A stretch of 43,055 nucleotides of DNA, from UHGV virus genome UHGV-0058404; one strand, 5' to 3'. The notes beneath the pieces are model-generated. The model did no database searches, was not told the DNA's origin, and was given only the letters and a program-made list of their open reading frames with translations. The position numbers and the translations under genes are program-made. This document shows positions 18,066 to 27,379 of the stretch, in pieces. This DNA is from a virus. Position 1 is the stretch's first letter; each line of letters begins with the position of its first letter.

Positions 18066-20930
18066 CTAATAATCGTAAACTAAATTATCTCTTGTTTTAG
18101 CAAGAACAAAGTTAATAGGTTGTTTCCAATTTTCCCCATTGATTTTAATATGATAAAGTATTTGTTGTTTATTATTTTCATTAGGTCTTGAAACAACGAT
18201 ATATTTATAAGTGTTAGGAAATTGTGTTAAATTGTTTTGAATTGCTTGTTTAGTATATTCATTAAATTGCACTGAAAAGTAATTGTCGGTAGTTCCCGTT
18301 GCATTGCCACCTACAACAAAAGGGTGCTTAGGTATAGGGTCTTGAGCTTTCCAATTAATCTCCTTGCAATTTGTAGTGTCTAAATAATTCTTAGCAAACT
18401 TACCTAAATTATCTTTGCATAGGTAAACTGCTATATCGGTATATGTTCCTGTAATCGCATAGTTATTTTCCGTGAACGCTAAACCAAGTGTTATATCTTC
18501 ATCAACTGATAGACAAGATATGCAATGATTAAACTTAAGTATTTCACTACTATCTTTAAGCACAAGTAAATTGCCACTCGTATAAACGGCTTGATTTGTT
18601 TTATCACTACTAACCTTTTTGACATCTAACGGCAACATTCGGTTAGGATCAGTCGATGTTGTTAACTCATAACCCCTATGTAAATTATACTTAATTGTTC
18701 GTAAGAAACCAATGCTAGTGCAAGAACCTAAATTATAGTCTTGAGGGTAGCAATAAGGTATCGGCTTTTTAAGTCGTTTTGTTAAAGGGTTTGAAATCTC
18801 ATATATTTTAGTGCCACAATAAATAGGGTCGGTAAAACCAAACTCAAATGTTATCGTATTTCCGCCACCTTTAGTAATTATTGGAAGAACCAAAATAGGA
18901 ACACCTGTTAAATCAAACTCACTCTTGTAATAATTGTTTAATTCCTTATTTGCCAAGTTATCATTAGGAAACTCTATAACAGCACATAAAACCTTTGAAT
19001 AATCAATATCTGTTGCAACTTCAGGTTCAGGTAGAGTAAACGTATAAGACATTAATTTACCTAAAACATAGTAATTGTTTGCGACTACATCGTTTGTTCG
19101 TGTATGATTAAAACCAACCTCTAAATAATGCTCGGTTTTGCATATGCGTTCATAGGTTTTGCTATCATTAGGCATTTGGAAACTTCTTATATCAGAGTTT
19201 ATACCTATAAATGAACTAATGCGGTTGTAATTCTTGTTGAACTTATACTTACCTATAATGTATTCACGATAGTAAATGTATTCAGCCTCAACGCACACAT
19301 AACCCTCGGTTGTATAATCTCCAACCCTAATTAAATCACTAAGTGCCTTGTGTTTGCACGTAACTTCAAGGTCAGCATTACCCGTTCTTTGAGAAGTCGA
19401 AAATATTGTGTTTGCAAAATTGGTAAATGATATTACACGATCTTGTTGTTGCATATTGGAAGTGCAATTTAAAGGTGTATCTTCTATATCTTCTTTTCTA
19501 GAGTTAATTCTTGTGTTTTGTTCGGTTGTAAAATCACAACGGAAACACATGTTTTTGATTAACTCACTAACTTTTCCACCTGTAGGTTCAACCATACCTG
19601 TGCCAAGAGCTACAGCCCAACTTACATTAGTTCCTGATGTTGAAGTATCTTCTAAATCGTTAAGCATTGTAATTGTGCCACTAATTCCTTGTGTTTTAGG
19701 GTCAGTAATCCAACCTTGACTAACGGCATAATTATAACTTGCCATTGCTAATACCCAGTCTATTGTGTTTAGCGTAAATAATACTGATGTAAAGGTGTCA
19801 TACATAATTATTTTATTGTCGTTAACAGCATATCTCCAATAGTAGCGTTTTTCTTCTAAACTCTTAGTTGCGTATTGGTCGTTAGCAAGTATTTGGCTCG
19901 CGACATCAAGTAAAAGTTTAAACTCGTGTTTTACTTGGTCTACTTCTATGCTGTAATAAACAGGAACGTAGAAATGTAGAATACTTTTAATAGGGTAAGG
20001 CAAAACAGCACAAAAATTGCTATCAGTAATATCATAGTCATTTTCACTACTTCTAATATAATCGTAGTTATCGTTATTAGGGTGTGAAACGCTAGATACA
20101 TTATAATTTTTTTCAACTATATTGTTTTGTGAAAAACTTTCTTGGTTGTTTGAATAACCCTCTATATTTTGTTCTAGTGTTCTATGATAAATAGGTCTAT
20201 TAAGGTTTATAAGGTTCTTCAGATAACCATAAAACTCAGCACCTAAAACATCTCGTAAGGTTTTTCCGTTAACTACCCTTGTATTAAGGTTTCCAACGGC
20301 ATTTACATATTTCAAAACACCATCTATTGCCTCCCTTAACGTAGGGTTGCTAAATACAAATTGTGGTGCTTCAATTTTTTGTAATTCGGTTTTAAGTTCA
20401 CTAGATATTTCATTTATAATTCTTCCTTGTGGAAGTGGAAACATACCATAATTGTAGATAGTTTGATATGCACCATTAATTAATTTTTCTAAATGTGAAC
20501 CATCAGTTTCTCCTAAAGGAATGATACGAATAATACGTTCTATGCAGTCTAAAAGTGTGTAATTACTCTTATCATTTTCTATTGGTTGAGTAAAGGTTAT
20601 TGTAGCATCTAAAAACTTTTCCGTTTTCTTGTATAGTTCTATAAGTTCAAGATTATGTGCGTAAACTTCACTTCTTTTGGAAACAGGTTTAACTTCATCA
20701 CGACCAACATAAAACTTCCTTGTAATCGTGTTAGTTCCATCACTCATAGTATATTCAATATAACTCATTATAGGTATTTGTTTAGAACTTTTGCTCCAAA
20801 AAATCATAAAGCCTGAGTCAAGTTCTTCTCCAAGCCTTGCAACATCAGAGTTTTCTTGAAAAGGTGGAAAAGTAAAGTTGACTAAACCATTCCCATTATT
20901 CATATCGATTTTAAATGTGTAATTAATCAT
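18066..20930 (-). CDS. Large tail hub/tip protein (putative)
   Basis: ~954 aa, beta-rich, between tail genes and fibre; ATG 20930 overlaps the upstream TGA. Confidence 0.55.
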   Translation of the reverse strand: MINYTFKIDMNNGNGLVNFTFPPFQENSDVARLGEELDSGFMIFWSKSSKQIPIMSYIEYTMSDGTNTITRKFYVGRDEVKPVSKRSEVYAHNLELIELYKKTEKFLDATITFTQPIENDKSNYTLLDCIERIIRIIPLGETDGSHLEKLINGAYQTIYNYGMFPLPQGRIINEISSELKTELQKIEAPQFVFSNPTLREAIDGVLKYVNAVGNLNTRVVNGKTLRDVLGAEFYGYLKNLINLNRPIYHRTLEQNIEGYSNNQESFSQNNIVEKNYNVSSVSHPNNDNYDYIRSSENDYDITDSNFCAVLPYPIKSILHFYVPVYYSIEVDQVKHEFKLLLDVASQILANDQYATKSLEEKRYYWRYAVNDNKIIMYDTFTSVLFTLNTIDWVLAMASYNYAVSQGWITDPKTQGISGTITMLNDLEDTSTSGTNVSWAVALGTGMVEPTGGKVSELIKNMCFRCDFTTEQNTRINSRKEDIEDTPLNCTSNMQQQDRVISFTNFANTIFSTSQRTGNADLEVTCKHKALSDLIRVGDYTTEGYVCVEAEYIYYREYIIGKYKFNKNYNRISSFIGINSDIRSFQMPNDSKTYERICKTEHYLEVGFNHTRTNDVVANNYYVLGKLMSYTFTLPEPEVATDIDYSKVLCAVIEFPNDNLANKELNNYYKSEFDLTGVPILVLPIITKGGGNTITFEFGFTDPIYCGTKIYEISNPLTKRLKKPIPYCYPQDYNLGSCTSIGFLRTIKYNLHRGYELTTSTDPNRMLPLDVKKVSSDKTNQAVYTSGNLLVLKDSSEILKFNHCISCLSVDEDITLGLAFTENNYAITGTYTDIAVYLCKDNLGKFAKNYLDTTNCKEINWKAQDPIPKHPFVVGGNATGTTDNYFSVQFNEYTKQAIQNNLTQFPNTYKYIVVSRPNENNKQQILYHIKINGENWKQPINFVLAKTRDNLVYDY

Positions 20931-21343
20931 TTGTTTTCCCCTCTCCACCTTGATCCACTAGTTGACATTTTGCCAACCAAAGAAGTTTTATAAGTAGTTT
21001 CTTGTTGTGTATTAATCATATTAGTCATATAACTAACAGTGCTTTCAATTGTATTGCCTGTAAGCATTGCAATACCCAACCCAGGGTTAATTGCACTTAC
21101 TGCAAGGGCTGTAGCAATTCCAATTCCTTGTCTAATGTTTTGTTGCTTAACTTTGTTTCCTGTGTATGCTCCAACTTGATTATTAACAACACTGACCGAT
21201 TTAGCAACGACTGCTATTGTGCCACGTATTGACCTATAATTATCTTCTGCTTGTTTTTGTTCTCTTGCCTTGCTGAACTTTGGTTTAGTTTCTCCACCAA
21301 TGTTATTTAAGTTTACAACAAACTCTGCATAATGACCTGCCAT
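20927..21343 (-). CDS. Small Ala/Gly-rich hydrophobic virion protein (possible miniature tape measure/ejection protein)
   Basis: 138 aa; GIGIATALAVSAINPGLGIAML segment; occupies the usual tape-measure position. Confidence 0.4.
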   Translation of the reverse strand: MAGHYAEFVVNLNNIGGETKPKFSKAREQKQAEDNYRSIRGTIAVVAKSVSVVNNQVGAYTGNKVKQQNIRQGIGIATALAVSAINPGLGIAMLTGNTIESTVSYMTNMINTQQETTYKTSLVGKMSTSGSRWRGENK

Positions 21344-21355
21344 AAAATCACTCCT

Positions 21356-21997
21356 TTACTCCTCATTTGTTCCTTGATAGATAACACCAGGACCATTTAC
21401 TATTCCAATAGGTGCTTCTCTTACTTCTTCATTAGTTACATCAAATATTTCTTGACCTTGCTCGAATAAATCTTTGCTAGGGTCAGTTAAATGTAGCATA
21501 GCATATTTCATACTTTGAGATAGTCTTTCTAACATACGTTCATTATGAACCATATACGTATCACTCAACTGTCTGGTTAACAATTTATGCTGTAGTTTAA
21601 GAAATAAAGGTGCAAAACGTTTGCTACGACCCTCACGCATTGGTTGAAATTGTAATTTTCCATATGAACAAACTGCGTTAAGGGCAACAAAGCATGCTCC
21701 TATTCCTCTATCAACAAACCCTTTATTTTGCTTAACTCTAATGCTGTTAGGGTATAGTTTATTCCTACCCTCGTTTACATCAGGCATATAAAACGCAAAT
21801 CTATCATCCCAAACGATTTTAAAGCCGTTAGGAGTATTTACAACATAAATGGCATTTTCACGCATATTACCCGTATCAACAGGACACCAAGATCTTGCCG
21901 ATGCAATAAGTGTGCGTTTAAGTTCATTCATTTTTTTAAAACCCCATTTAAATGTTTTAGTATAAGAAATAGTTTCTATAGTTTTTAAATCAAGCAT
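21356..21997 (-). CDS. HK97 gp10-like neck/tail-completion protein
   Basis: ARSWCPVDTGNMRENAI motif. Confidence 0.65.
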   Translation of the reverse strand: MLDLKTIETISYTKTFKWGFKKMNELKRTLIASARSWCPVDTGNMRENAIYVVNTPNGFKIVWDDRFAFYMPDVNEGRNKLYPNSIRVKQNKGFVDRGIGACFVALNAVCSYGKLQFQPMREGRSKRFAPLFLKLQHKLLTRQLSDTYMVHNERMLERLSQSMKYAMLHLTDPSKDLFEQGQEIFDVTNEEVREAPIGIVNGPGVIYQGTNEE

Positions 21998-22977
21998 TAA
22001 ATCACATCCGGAATTGAGGTATCTTTATCACGGAAAGCAAGAGTTAAGATAACGTAATCTCCATAGTTAGCCGAGCAAGAAATATTGGAAAGAATAACAT
22101 CTTTGATAATATCATCGATACCATTTGTAATGATTTTAAGTTTTAATCTATTTAAAGGGTCTTGTTGGTAAACTTGAACTCCGTTTTTCTTAATCTTTGT
22201 GTAATCACGCTCGTAAATAAATGGAATTAATTGACTTGATATACTTCTAGCGTTATTGTTTGATTTTTGCACGATAATTGATAGGTTAAGTGTCCAAACG
22301 CTGTCATCTTCTATTGCTCTTTGTTCGTAGCCACCTAAACGTTGGTCGCTACCAAAATTGAAAATACGTGTGTTTGTGTTCTCAGACTTTAAAAGTCTTT
22401 CAAATGTTGTGCCATTATCAATACTAAGTTCATATTCTAGTTCATTGCCATATTCTACGTTTTGCGTTATTACTCCGTTAAGTTGGAAAACAACGGCTTT
22501 CGCATTTTCCCCTTGCATAACCATAAAGTCATCAAAGTCAGGTAAATCCATAGAAAACGAGAATTGATATGTAGTTTCAACGTTATTGTAAATGGCTTGT
22601 ATGTTAAATACTTCCCCTATAGTTTGGTCGTTAAAATAAGTTAATGTAGCCTCAACTGAACTAAGGCTGTCAAGGTCAAATATTAACATTGCAATAGGAA
22701 TTGATACATCAGCAATATATGTGTTAGGTATTTCTCTACGTTCTCCCGTAATTGACTGAACGGCACAAGGAATATATTTGATAGCGTTATCGAATTGGTC
22801 TTTAATTATTCTACCCGTTGTAGGGTCATATTGTTTAAATAAATTACCTTCATAAACCCAATTTGTTTCAAACTTAAACATATCAATAGTGTCATTTGTA
22901 ACAGTCTTGTAGCACTCGTTCATTTTCACTTGTAGCCAATCACGAATTGCATTCTTAATTGTATTTGATATTACCAT
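21997..22977 (-). CDS. Tail structural protein (terminator/tube-like, putative)
   Basis: 326 aa, beta-rich, in the neck-tail block; no diagnostic motif. Confidence 0.45.
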   Translation of the reverse strand: MVISNTIKNAIRDWLQVKMNECYKTVTNDTIDMFKFETNWVYEGNLFKQYDPTTGRIIKDQFDNAIKYIPCAVQSITGERREIPNTYIADVSIPIAMLIFDLDSLSSVEATLTYFNDQTIGEVFNIQAIYNNVETTYQFSFSMDLPDFDDFMVMQGENAKAVVFQLNGVITQNVEYGNELEYELSIDNGTTFERLLKSENTNTRIFNFGSDQRLGGYEQRAIEDDSVWTLNLSIIVQKSNNNARSISSQLIPFIYERDYTKIKKNGVQVYQQDPLNRLKLKIITNGIDDIIKDVILSNISCSANYGDYVILTLAFRDKDTSIPDVI

Positions 22978-22989
22978 TATATCACACTC

Positions 22990-23418
22990 CTAACTTAAAT
23001 CCAATACTCTTGGTAAACTTTTTAACGAATTACCCTTAACAAAAGGTCTTTTTCCACTTAAACCCTTTAAATAAGCCGTTAAATACGTTACTTTTATAAT
23101 AGTAAATGTTTTTTCTTCTCCATCAATAATCATTTTGACTTTTCCATTAACTTTAAAATCTATTTGAGTATTACTTGTTTGTATTTTATACTTATATGAA
23201 CTAGTTTGATAAACACCGCCAAACTCTACTGAACTCGTTTCAAAACCCTTAAGACTTTGGAATACTGTTGCTCCTGACAATGAGGTTTCAGCATAGGAAA
23301 AAGTTTGTGGCATTGTGTCATATTCAAATACTTTTACTCCATTAACAACTTTAGTTCCGATTAGATCGTAATACGTGGCTTGATAGTTTTCAGCAAATGA
23401 TAAAGTTTCACCACGCAT
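22990..23418 (-). CDS. Putative head-closure (stopper) protein
   Basis: 142 aa, beta-rich; position after the adaptors. Confidence 0.45.
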   Translation of the reverse strand: MRGETLSFAENYQATYYDLIGTKVVNGVKVFEYDTMPQTFSYAETSLSGATVFQSLKGFETSSVEFGGVYQTSSYKYKIQTSNTQIDFKVNGKVKMIIDGEEKTFTIIKVTYLTAYLKGLSGKRPFVKGNSLKSLPRVLDLS

Positions 23419-23419
23419 A

Positions 23420-23923
23420 TTAGTAGTCCTTTCTATACAAACTATAGTCGAACTCGTTTGTTCCTGAAACTGATGTTAATAAGCCACCATAATATAGTTT
23501 TAGATAAGCCTTAGTTGCTATCATTAGTTCCCCACGTAGTTTAGAAATATCAAGGCTTTTATCGGCATTAAGATTTATTCCGTGTTGTAATTGAACTATA
23601 TCTCCGTTTGTAGTATTTGCATACTCGAATTGACTTAATAAAGCCTCAGCAAGTATTTCTCTAAACCATTGATTTTTCGCAAGTTCATATTCCATCTTGT
23701 CGTGTTCTTCAATACCCGTTTTGAACGAATAAATAAAGCAATAAATATTATCACTAAGTTGTCGAGTTAAAATGTCCCACTCGTTATCATCATACCCTGA
23801 AAGAGCGTCAGTTCCAAATCTATTACTTGCAAAGTCGCGATTAAGAACGTATTGATGTATATCTTCTAAATAAATTAATTTTTCATCGTTAAAAGGCACG
23901 TTATATTCAAATTTTCTAGGCAT
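23420..23923 (-). CDS. Putative head-tail connector protein
   Basis: Helical 167 aa, EALLSQFEY...AYLKLYYGGL; position. Confidence 0.5.
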   Translation of the reverse strand: MPRKFEYNVPFNDEKLIYLEDIHQYVLNRDFASNRFGTDALSGYDDNEWDILTRQLSDNIYCFIYSFKTGIEEHDKMEYELAKNQWFREILAEALLSQFEYANTTNGDIVQLQHGINLNADKSLDISKLRGELMIATKAYLKLYYGGLLTSVSGTNEFDYSLYRKDY

Positions 23924-24429
23924 TAATAAACCCCCTTTAATCTAATTGTTGATGTAAGTTTCATAAAAGGGTATAATTCTCTTCCGTAAGAAGTTTGTGC
24001 GTATTCATTACTAAAGTTGGCATAGGCATTTTTTACTTCCTTAGCACCTATGTTTCTATTCACTGTTGCACTAGGGTTTGCTGTGTCTAAGTTTGCACTA
24101 TTTCCAATGTTCTTAGTTCTATTAATCGCAACTTCTAAATGATGTGCCACATATAGAGCAACACAATAAAGTTGTAATTCTCCGTATGTTTCATAGTCAA
24201 AGGTCTTTAAGGCAAGTTGTTTATAAAACTGAAATAAGAATGTGTATCGCGTATTATCGGTTGTTAGTGTATTTTTGAACTCAGGAAATATACACACAAA
24301 AATTGAAATATCAAAATCTTCAAGCACTGTGAACTTGCCACTTAGTATCTTTTGACAAACGGGGTTTTCGTGTCCCAACTCTTTAAGTGTGTAAGGGTTT
24401 AATTGTTCTAAAACTTGTTCTACACTCAT
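23923..24429 (-). CDS. DUF4054-family head-tail adaptor
   Basis: FPEF, LYVAHHL and QTSYGRELY motifs. Confidence 0.7.
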   Translation of the reverse strand: MSVEQVLEQLNPYTLKELGHENPVCQKILSGKFTVLEDFDISIFVCIFPEFKNTLTTDNTRYTFLFQFYKQLALKTFDYETYGELQLYCVALYVAHHLEVAINRTKNIGNSANLDTANPSATVNRNIGAKEVKNAYANFSNEYAQTSYGRELYPFMKLTSTIRLKGVY

Positions 24430-24448
24430 TTTTTACCTCCTTATAGTT

Positions 24449-24480
24449 AAAAGGGGTAGGTGCATTATACACCCACCCTC
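24449..24480 (-). terminator. Intrinsic terminator downstream of the major capsid gene
   Basis: Minus-strand GC-rich stem GGGTGGGTGTA-taa-TGCACCTACCC followed by a T run. Confidence 0.7.
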
Positions 24481-24504
24481 AAAGTGTTGTTTGTATCTAA
24501 TTTA

Positions 24505-25551
24505 TTATGCTTTATTATCGTAGTAGATAATTGCACTAGGTTTAACAAATTGTGGTTCACCAACGAATGCTACATAACTTGTTAATGTTGCTTGTTTTTC
24601 TCCACTAAATACTGTTGCACCACGAGTTAAGTCCATACCCATAATACCACGGACAACTTCTTCGCTGTATCTATAAATTACAATACGACCTGTGCCGTTT
24701 GTTCCTTTGTTAGCAAGGTATTTGTTAGGCATAATTCTAACATAACCATTATCAGGGTCAAAGCCTGCAAGTCTTGTAGGTAAGTTTTTCATCATGTAAT
24801 CATAAAGTGAAACACCTGTAGTTGCAGTTGCATTGTTAGTTCCAGAGATAGACATTGGTTGTGCTAATTTTCCAAATAGACCTAAGTCTAGTAAAATTGT
24901 GTTAGGAGTTCCTTCAACATCATAATCACATTTGATAATAACTTTTAACATTAAGTCAACGATATTTTTGAAGAACTCAGCAGCAGTTTGGTCAGCAAAT
25001 TTATTTGTAGTCTCAACAACTGTTTCAACGTTAGGGTTATTAAATAGACCATAAGAGTCTGAAACACCAGGTAGACCGAAGAATGTAATATTATCAAGCA
25101 TTCTATTGTGTTGGTGCATAACACCACGTTCAAATTCATTTAAGATATCATAGCCAACTTCTTCAGCCTTCATTTGGTCGATTAAACCAATTTCAAGAAT
25201 ATAAGAGAAAGGTAAAACTCTAGTTTGTGTTTTTTCAAGTTGAGATTTAACAGTTACTAGAACGTTTGCACTACCACTTGTAACAGCGTTAGAGTTAGAT
25301 AAAGAATAGTTAGTTTTGAAGAAACTTGCATATTCCTTTGCTCCACCTGCCATAATGTAAGGCATTGCAGTATACCAAAAATATCTTGCGAATGGTTGGT
25401 GTAATTTAGTATCAATGTATTCTAGGGAGTTTGCTAGGAAACCATAATCTGCATCTCCTACATAACCACCTAAAAATCTCATACCATTAGGGTTTGCTAA
25501 TTTTTCAACTAATTGTTGATTTTGTATAAATGCATCTCTTGTAGAAATCAT
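24505..25551 (-). CDS. Major capsid protein (DUF2184 / encapsulin-like HK97 fold)
   Basis: LEYIDTKLHQP, DNITFFG, YGLFNNPNV, PNTILL and P.AIIYYD motifs; followed by a terminator. Confidence 0.85.
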   Translation of the reverse strand: MISTRDAFIQNQQLVEKLANPNGMRFLGGYVGDADYGFLANSLEYIDTKLHQPFARYFWYTAMPYIMAGGAKEYASFFKTNYSLSNSNAVTSGSANVLVTVKSQLEKTQTRVLPFSYILEIGLIDQMKAEEVGYDILNEFERGVMHQHNRMLDNITFFGLPGVSDSYGLFNNPNVETVVETTNKFADQTAAEFFKNIVDLMLKVIIKCDYDVEGTPNTILLDLGLFGKLAQPMSISGTNNATATTGVSLYDYMMKNLPTRLAGFDPDNGYVRIMPNKYLANKGTNGTGRIVIYRYSEEVVRGIMGMDLTRGATVFSGEKQATLTSYVAFVGEPQFVKPSAIIYYDNKA

Positions 25552-25567
25552 ATTTATTTCCTCCTAA

Positions 25568-26176
25568 TTAAATTAAATCTAAGTCAAGGTGGATTTCAGC
25601 AGTTTTGCCTGTTAAACCACCTGCAACAGTTGTGCCATCGTTTGTTCCACTTAGAGGGAAACCACTTTCGCCTGTAAACTTAACACCGGTCCAAGCAATT
25701 GTGTTAGTAGAGTCAGCAGCTGTTTCAATACCACCGATAGGTAAACTTGCGTTAGTAGAACTTGCTTTTACACGAACGTAAACTGTTCCACCTGCATTAA
25801 TAGTTCCTGAACTTTGAACAGGAACCCAAACAAAGCCTTTTTTCATAACTGAAACTGATTGACCTTTTGCGTAAGAATTAATAAATTGGTGTGCTTGTCT
25901 TGTGATAAGAACGTTTTGTCCTTTAACATCAGCAAGAGCAATACCTGTTAGTTTGTCAATAGTAGCATTAGCAACAATTGGCTTAGCATAACGACAGCCG
26001 ATACCTTGATCATCGGCATCTGGATGAACATTTACAACTGAACCGAATTCAATTGTATCTTCTGCAATAGCAGCGACAATTACTGTGTTAGGGTCATAAT
26101 GAGAGCCTTTTTGTCCTGGTAAAAATGCAGAATAATTTACGGAATCTTTAATAGCAGTGTAATTAAAAATACTCAT
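25568..26176 (-). CDS. Capsid decoration/cement protein
   Basis: IEFG..V, GIAL, VSVMKKGFVWV and GGTVYVR motifs; between protease and capsid genes. Confidence 0.75.
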   Translation of the reverse strand: MSIFNYTAIKDSVNYSAFLPGQKGSHYDPNTVIVAAIAEDTIEFGSVVNVHPDADDQGIGCRYAKPIVANATIDKLTGIALADVKGQNVLITRQAHQFINSYAKGQSVSVMKKGFVWVPVQSSGTINAGGTVYVRVKASSTNASLPIGGIETAADSTNTIAWTGVKFTGESGFPLSGTNDGTTVAGGLTGKTAEIHLDLDLI

Positions 26177-26243
26177 TTTAAAATAATCTCCTTTTTCTAA
26201 TTTTTAAAATTTATTGTGTGTGTGTTTTAAACGATTAAAACCA

Positions 26244-27368
26244 TTAGTGAGATTCTAGTTTTTCGCGTTGTGCTAATCGACTAAGATCTTCAGGGCAACA
26301 TAAAGAGTTAACTGATTTTCTATATTCAGCATAAGACTCGTAATTTCTAGGGTTAAACTTATCTAAGAAAATTTGCATTTTTTGTTCGTGAGTAATGGTA
26401 GGTTTTGTAGGTTCTTCCTCATCGATAACCATAGTAGGTTTAACTTCAGGTTCAATTGGTGCGGGCATTTCATCAATTGTAATAGAGTTTGCTTTCATTT
26501 CTTCAATAAGAGCTTTCTTTAAACTTTCTCTAATAGTAGTATCAGTAATTTTTTCGATTTCTAATTGTTTAGCAGTAAAGTAAGCAACATCTTTCACTAT
26601 CTTTTCCTCCTTATCTTCGTTTTCTTGTTTTGGTTCTTCGGCTTTAGGTTCTTCTTTAGGTTCATCAACTACGGGTTTTTCGCAACTATCATCAGTTGAT
26701 TTTCCACATCCATCATCAGTTGATTTGCTACAGCCATCATCAGTTGGTTTGCCACAGCCATCTTCAGCCTTAGGTTCTTTTTCTTCTTGCTCTTGGTTTT
26801 CATCAAGAACTTTGTTTTCATCTAATTCCATATCTAACTCCTCTCCATCATCTAAAATCATTGCATTGCCTGCCCTACCTTTTCTAACTAATGCTATATG
26901 ATTATAAATGATATCAATAAAACTATATGTATCTGTATCTTCATCGTATTTTAAAGTTTGTGAATAACCTAAACTTAACTCCTTTAGTTTTTTACTTTCA
27001 ACTAAATCAGCAGTTTCTCTATCAGTAATAGTAATATCTCCAACAAGATTATTTTCTTCTCTATGCACGTTGTTAACTGAGCCTTTAGATGTAACCTTGT
27101 AATTATCGATAGTAACGATTACGTGTCCTTTAGTTAGAGGGCGGCCCTCAAGGCTTTTCATACTATCTTCTTTGAAAACTTCCTCTTCGGGCCTTAAAAC
27201 TTCTACAACTTCATTAGAGTCAGCAATTCCTAACTCTTTTTTTAAATACTTTTGAAAGCCACTGCGACCTAATATCGCATTTTCACAAACTAAAAAATTG
27301 TTTTGATCTCGATACATGTGTTCGGTTAAATACGTTCTAAACTTATATTTTTTCTCATCAAATATCAC
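26244..27368 (-). CDS. DUF2213-family prohead protease/scaffold
   Basis: GRSGFQKY, RPEEEVF, ELSLGY and NHIALVRKGRAG motifs; acidic scaffold C-terminal half. Confidence 0.85.
   Translation of the reverse strand: MIFDEKKYKFRTYLTEHMYRDQNNFLVCENAILGRSGFQKYLKKELGIADSNEVVEVLRPEEEVFKEDSMKSLEGRPLTKGHVIVTIDNYKVTSKGSVNNVHREENNLVGDITITDRETADLVESKKLKELSLGYSQTLKYDEDTDTYSFIDIIYNHIALVRKGRAGNAMILDDGEELDMELDENKVLDENQEQEEKEPKAEDGCGKPTDDGCSKSTDDGCGKSTDDSCEKPVVDEPKEEPKAEEPKQENEDKEEKIVKDVAYFTAKQLEIEKITDTTIRESLKKALIEEMKANSITIDEMPAPIEPEVKPTMVIDEEEPTKPTITHEQKMQIFLDKFNPRNYESYAEYRKSVNSLCCPEDLSRLAQREKLESH
26670..26766 (-). repeat. Four 24-bp tandem repeats in the scaffold region
   Basis: EDGCGKPT/DDGCSKST/DDGCGKST/DDSCEKPV. 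Confidence 0.8.
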
Positions 27369-27379
27369 GTTAAATCACC

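Noticed and set aside
13054..24429. Several structural proteins ending in DY or VY
   Set aside because: Mostly explained by the next gene's RBS overlapping the last codons; no evidence for a sorting signal
26670..26766. CTGATGA copies on the minus strand as additional hammerheads
   Set aside because: They are Thr-Asp-Asp codons in the scaffold repeat, without the hammerhead stem arrangement
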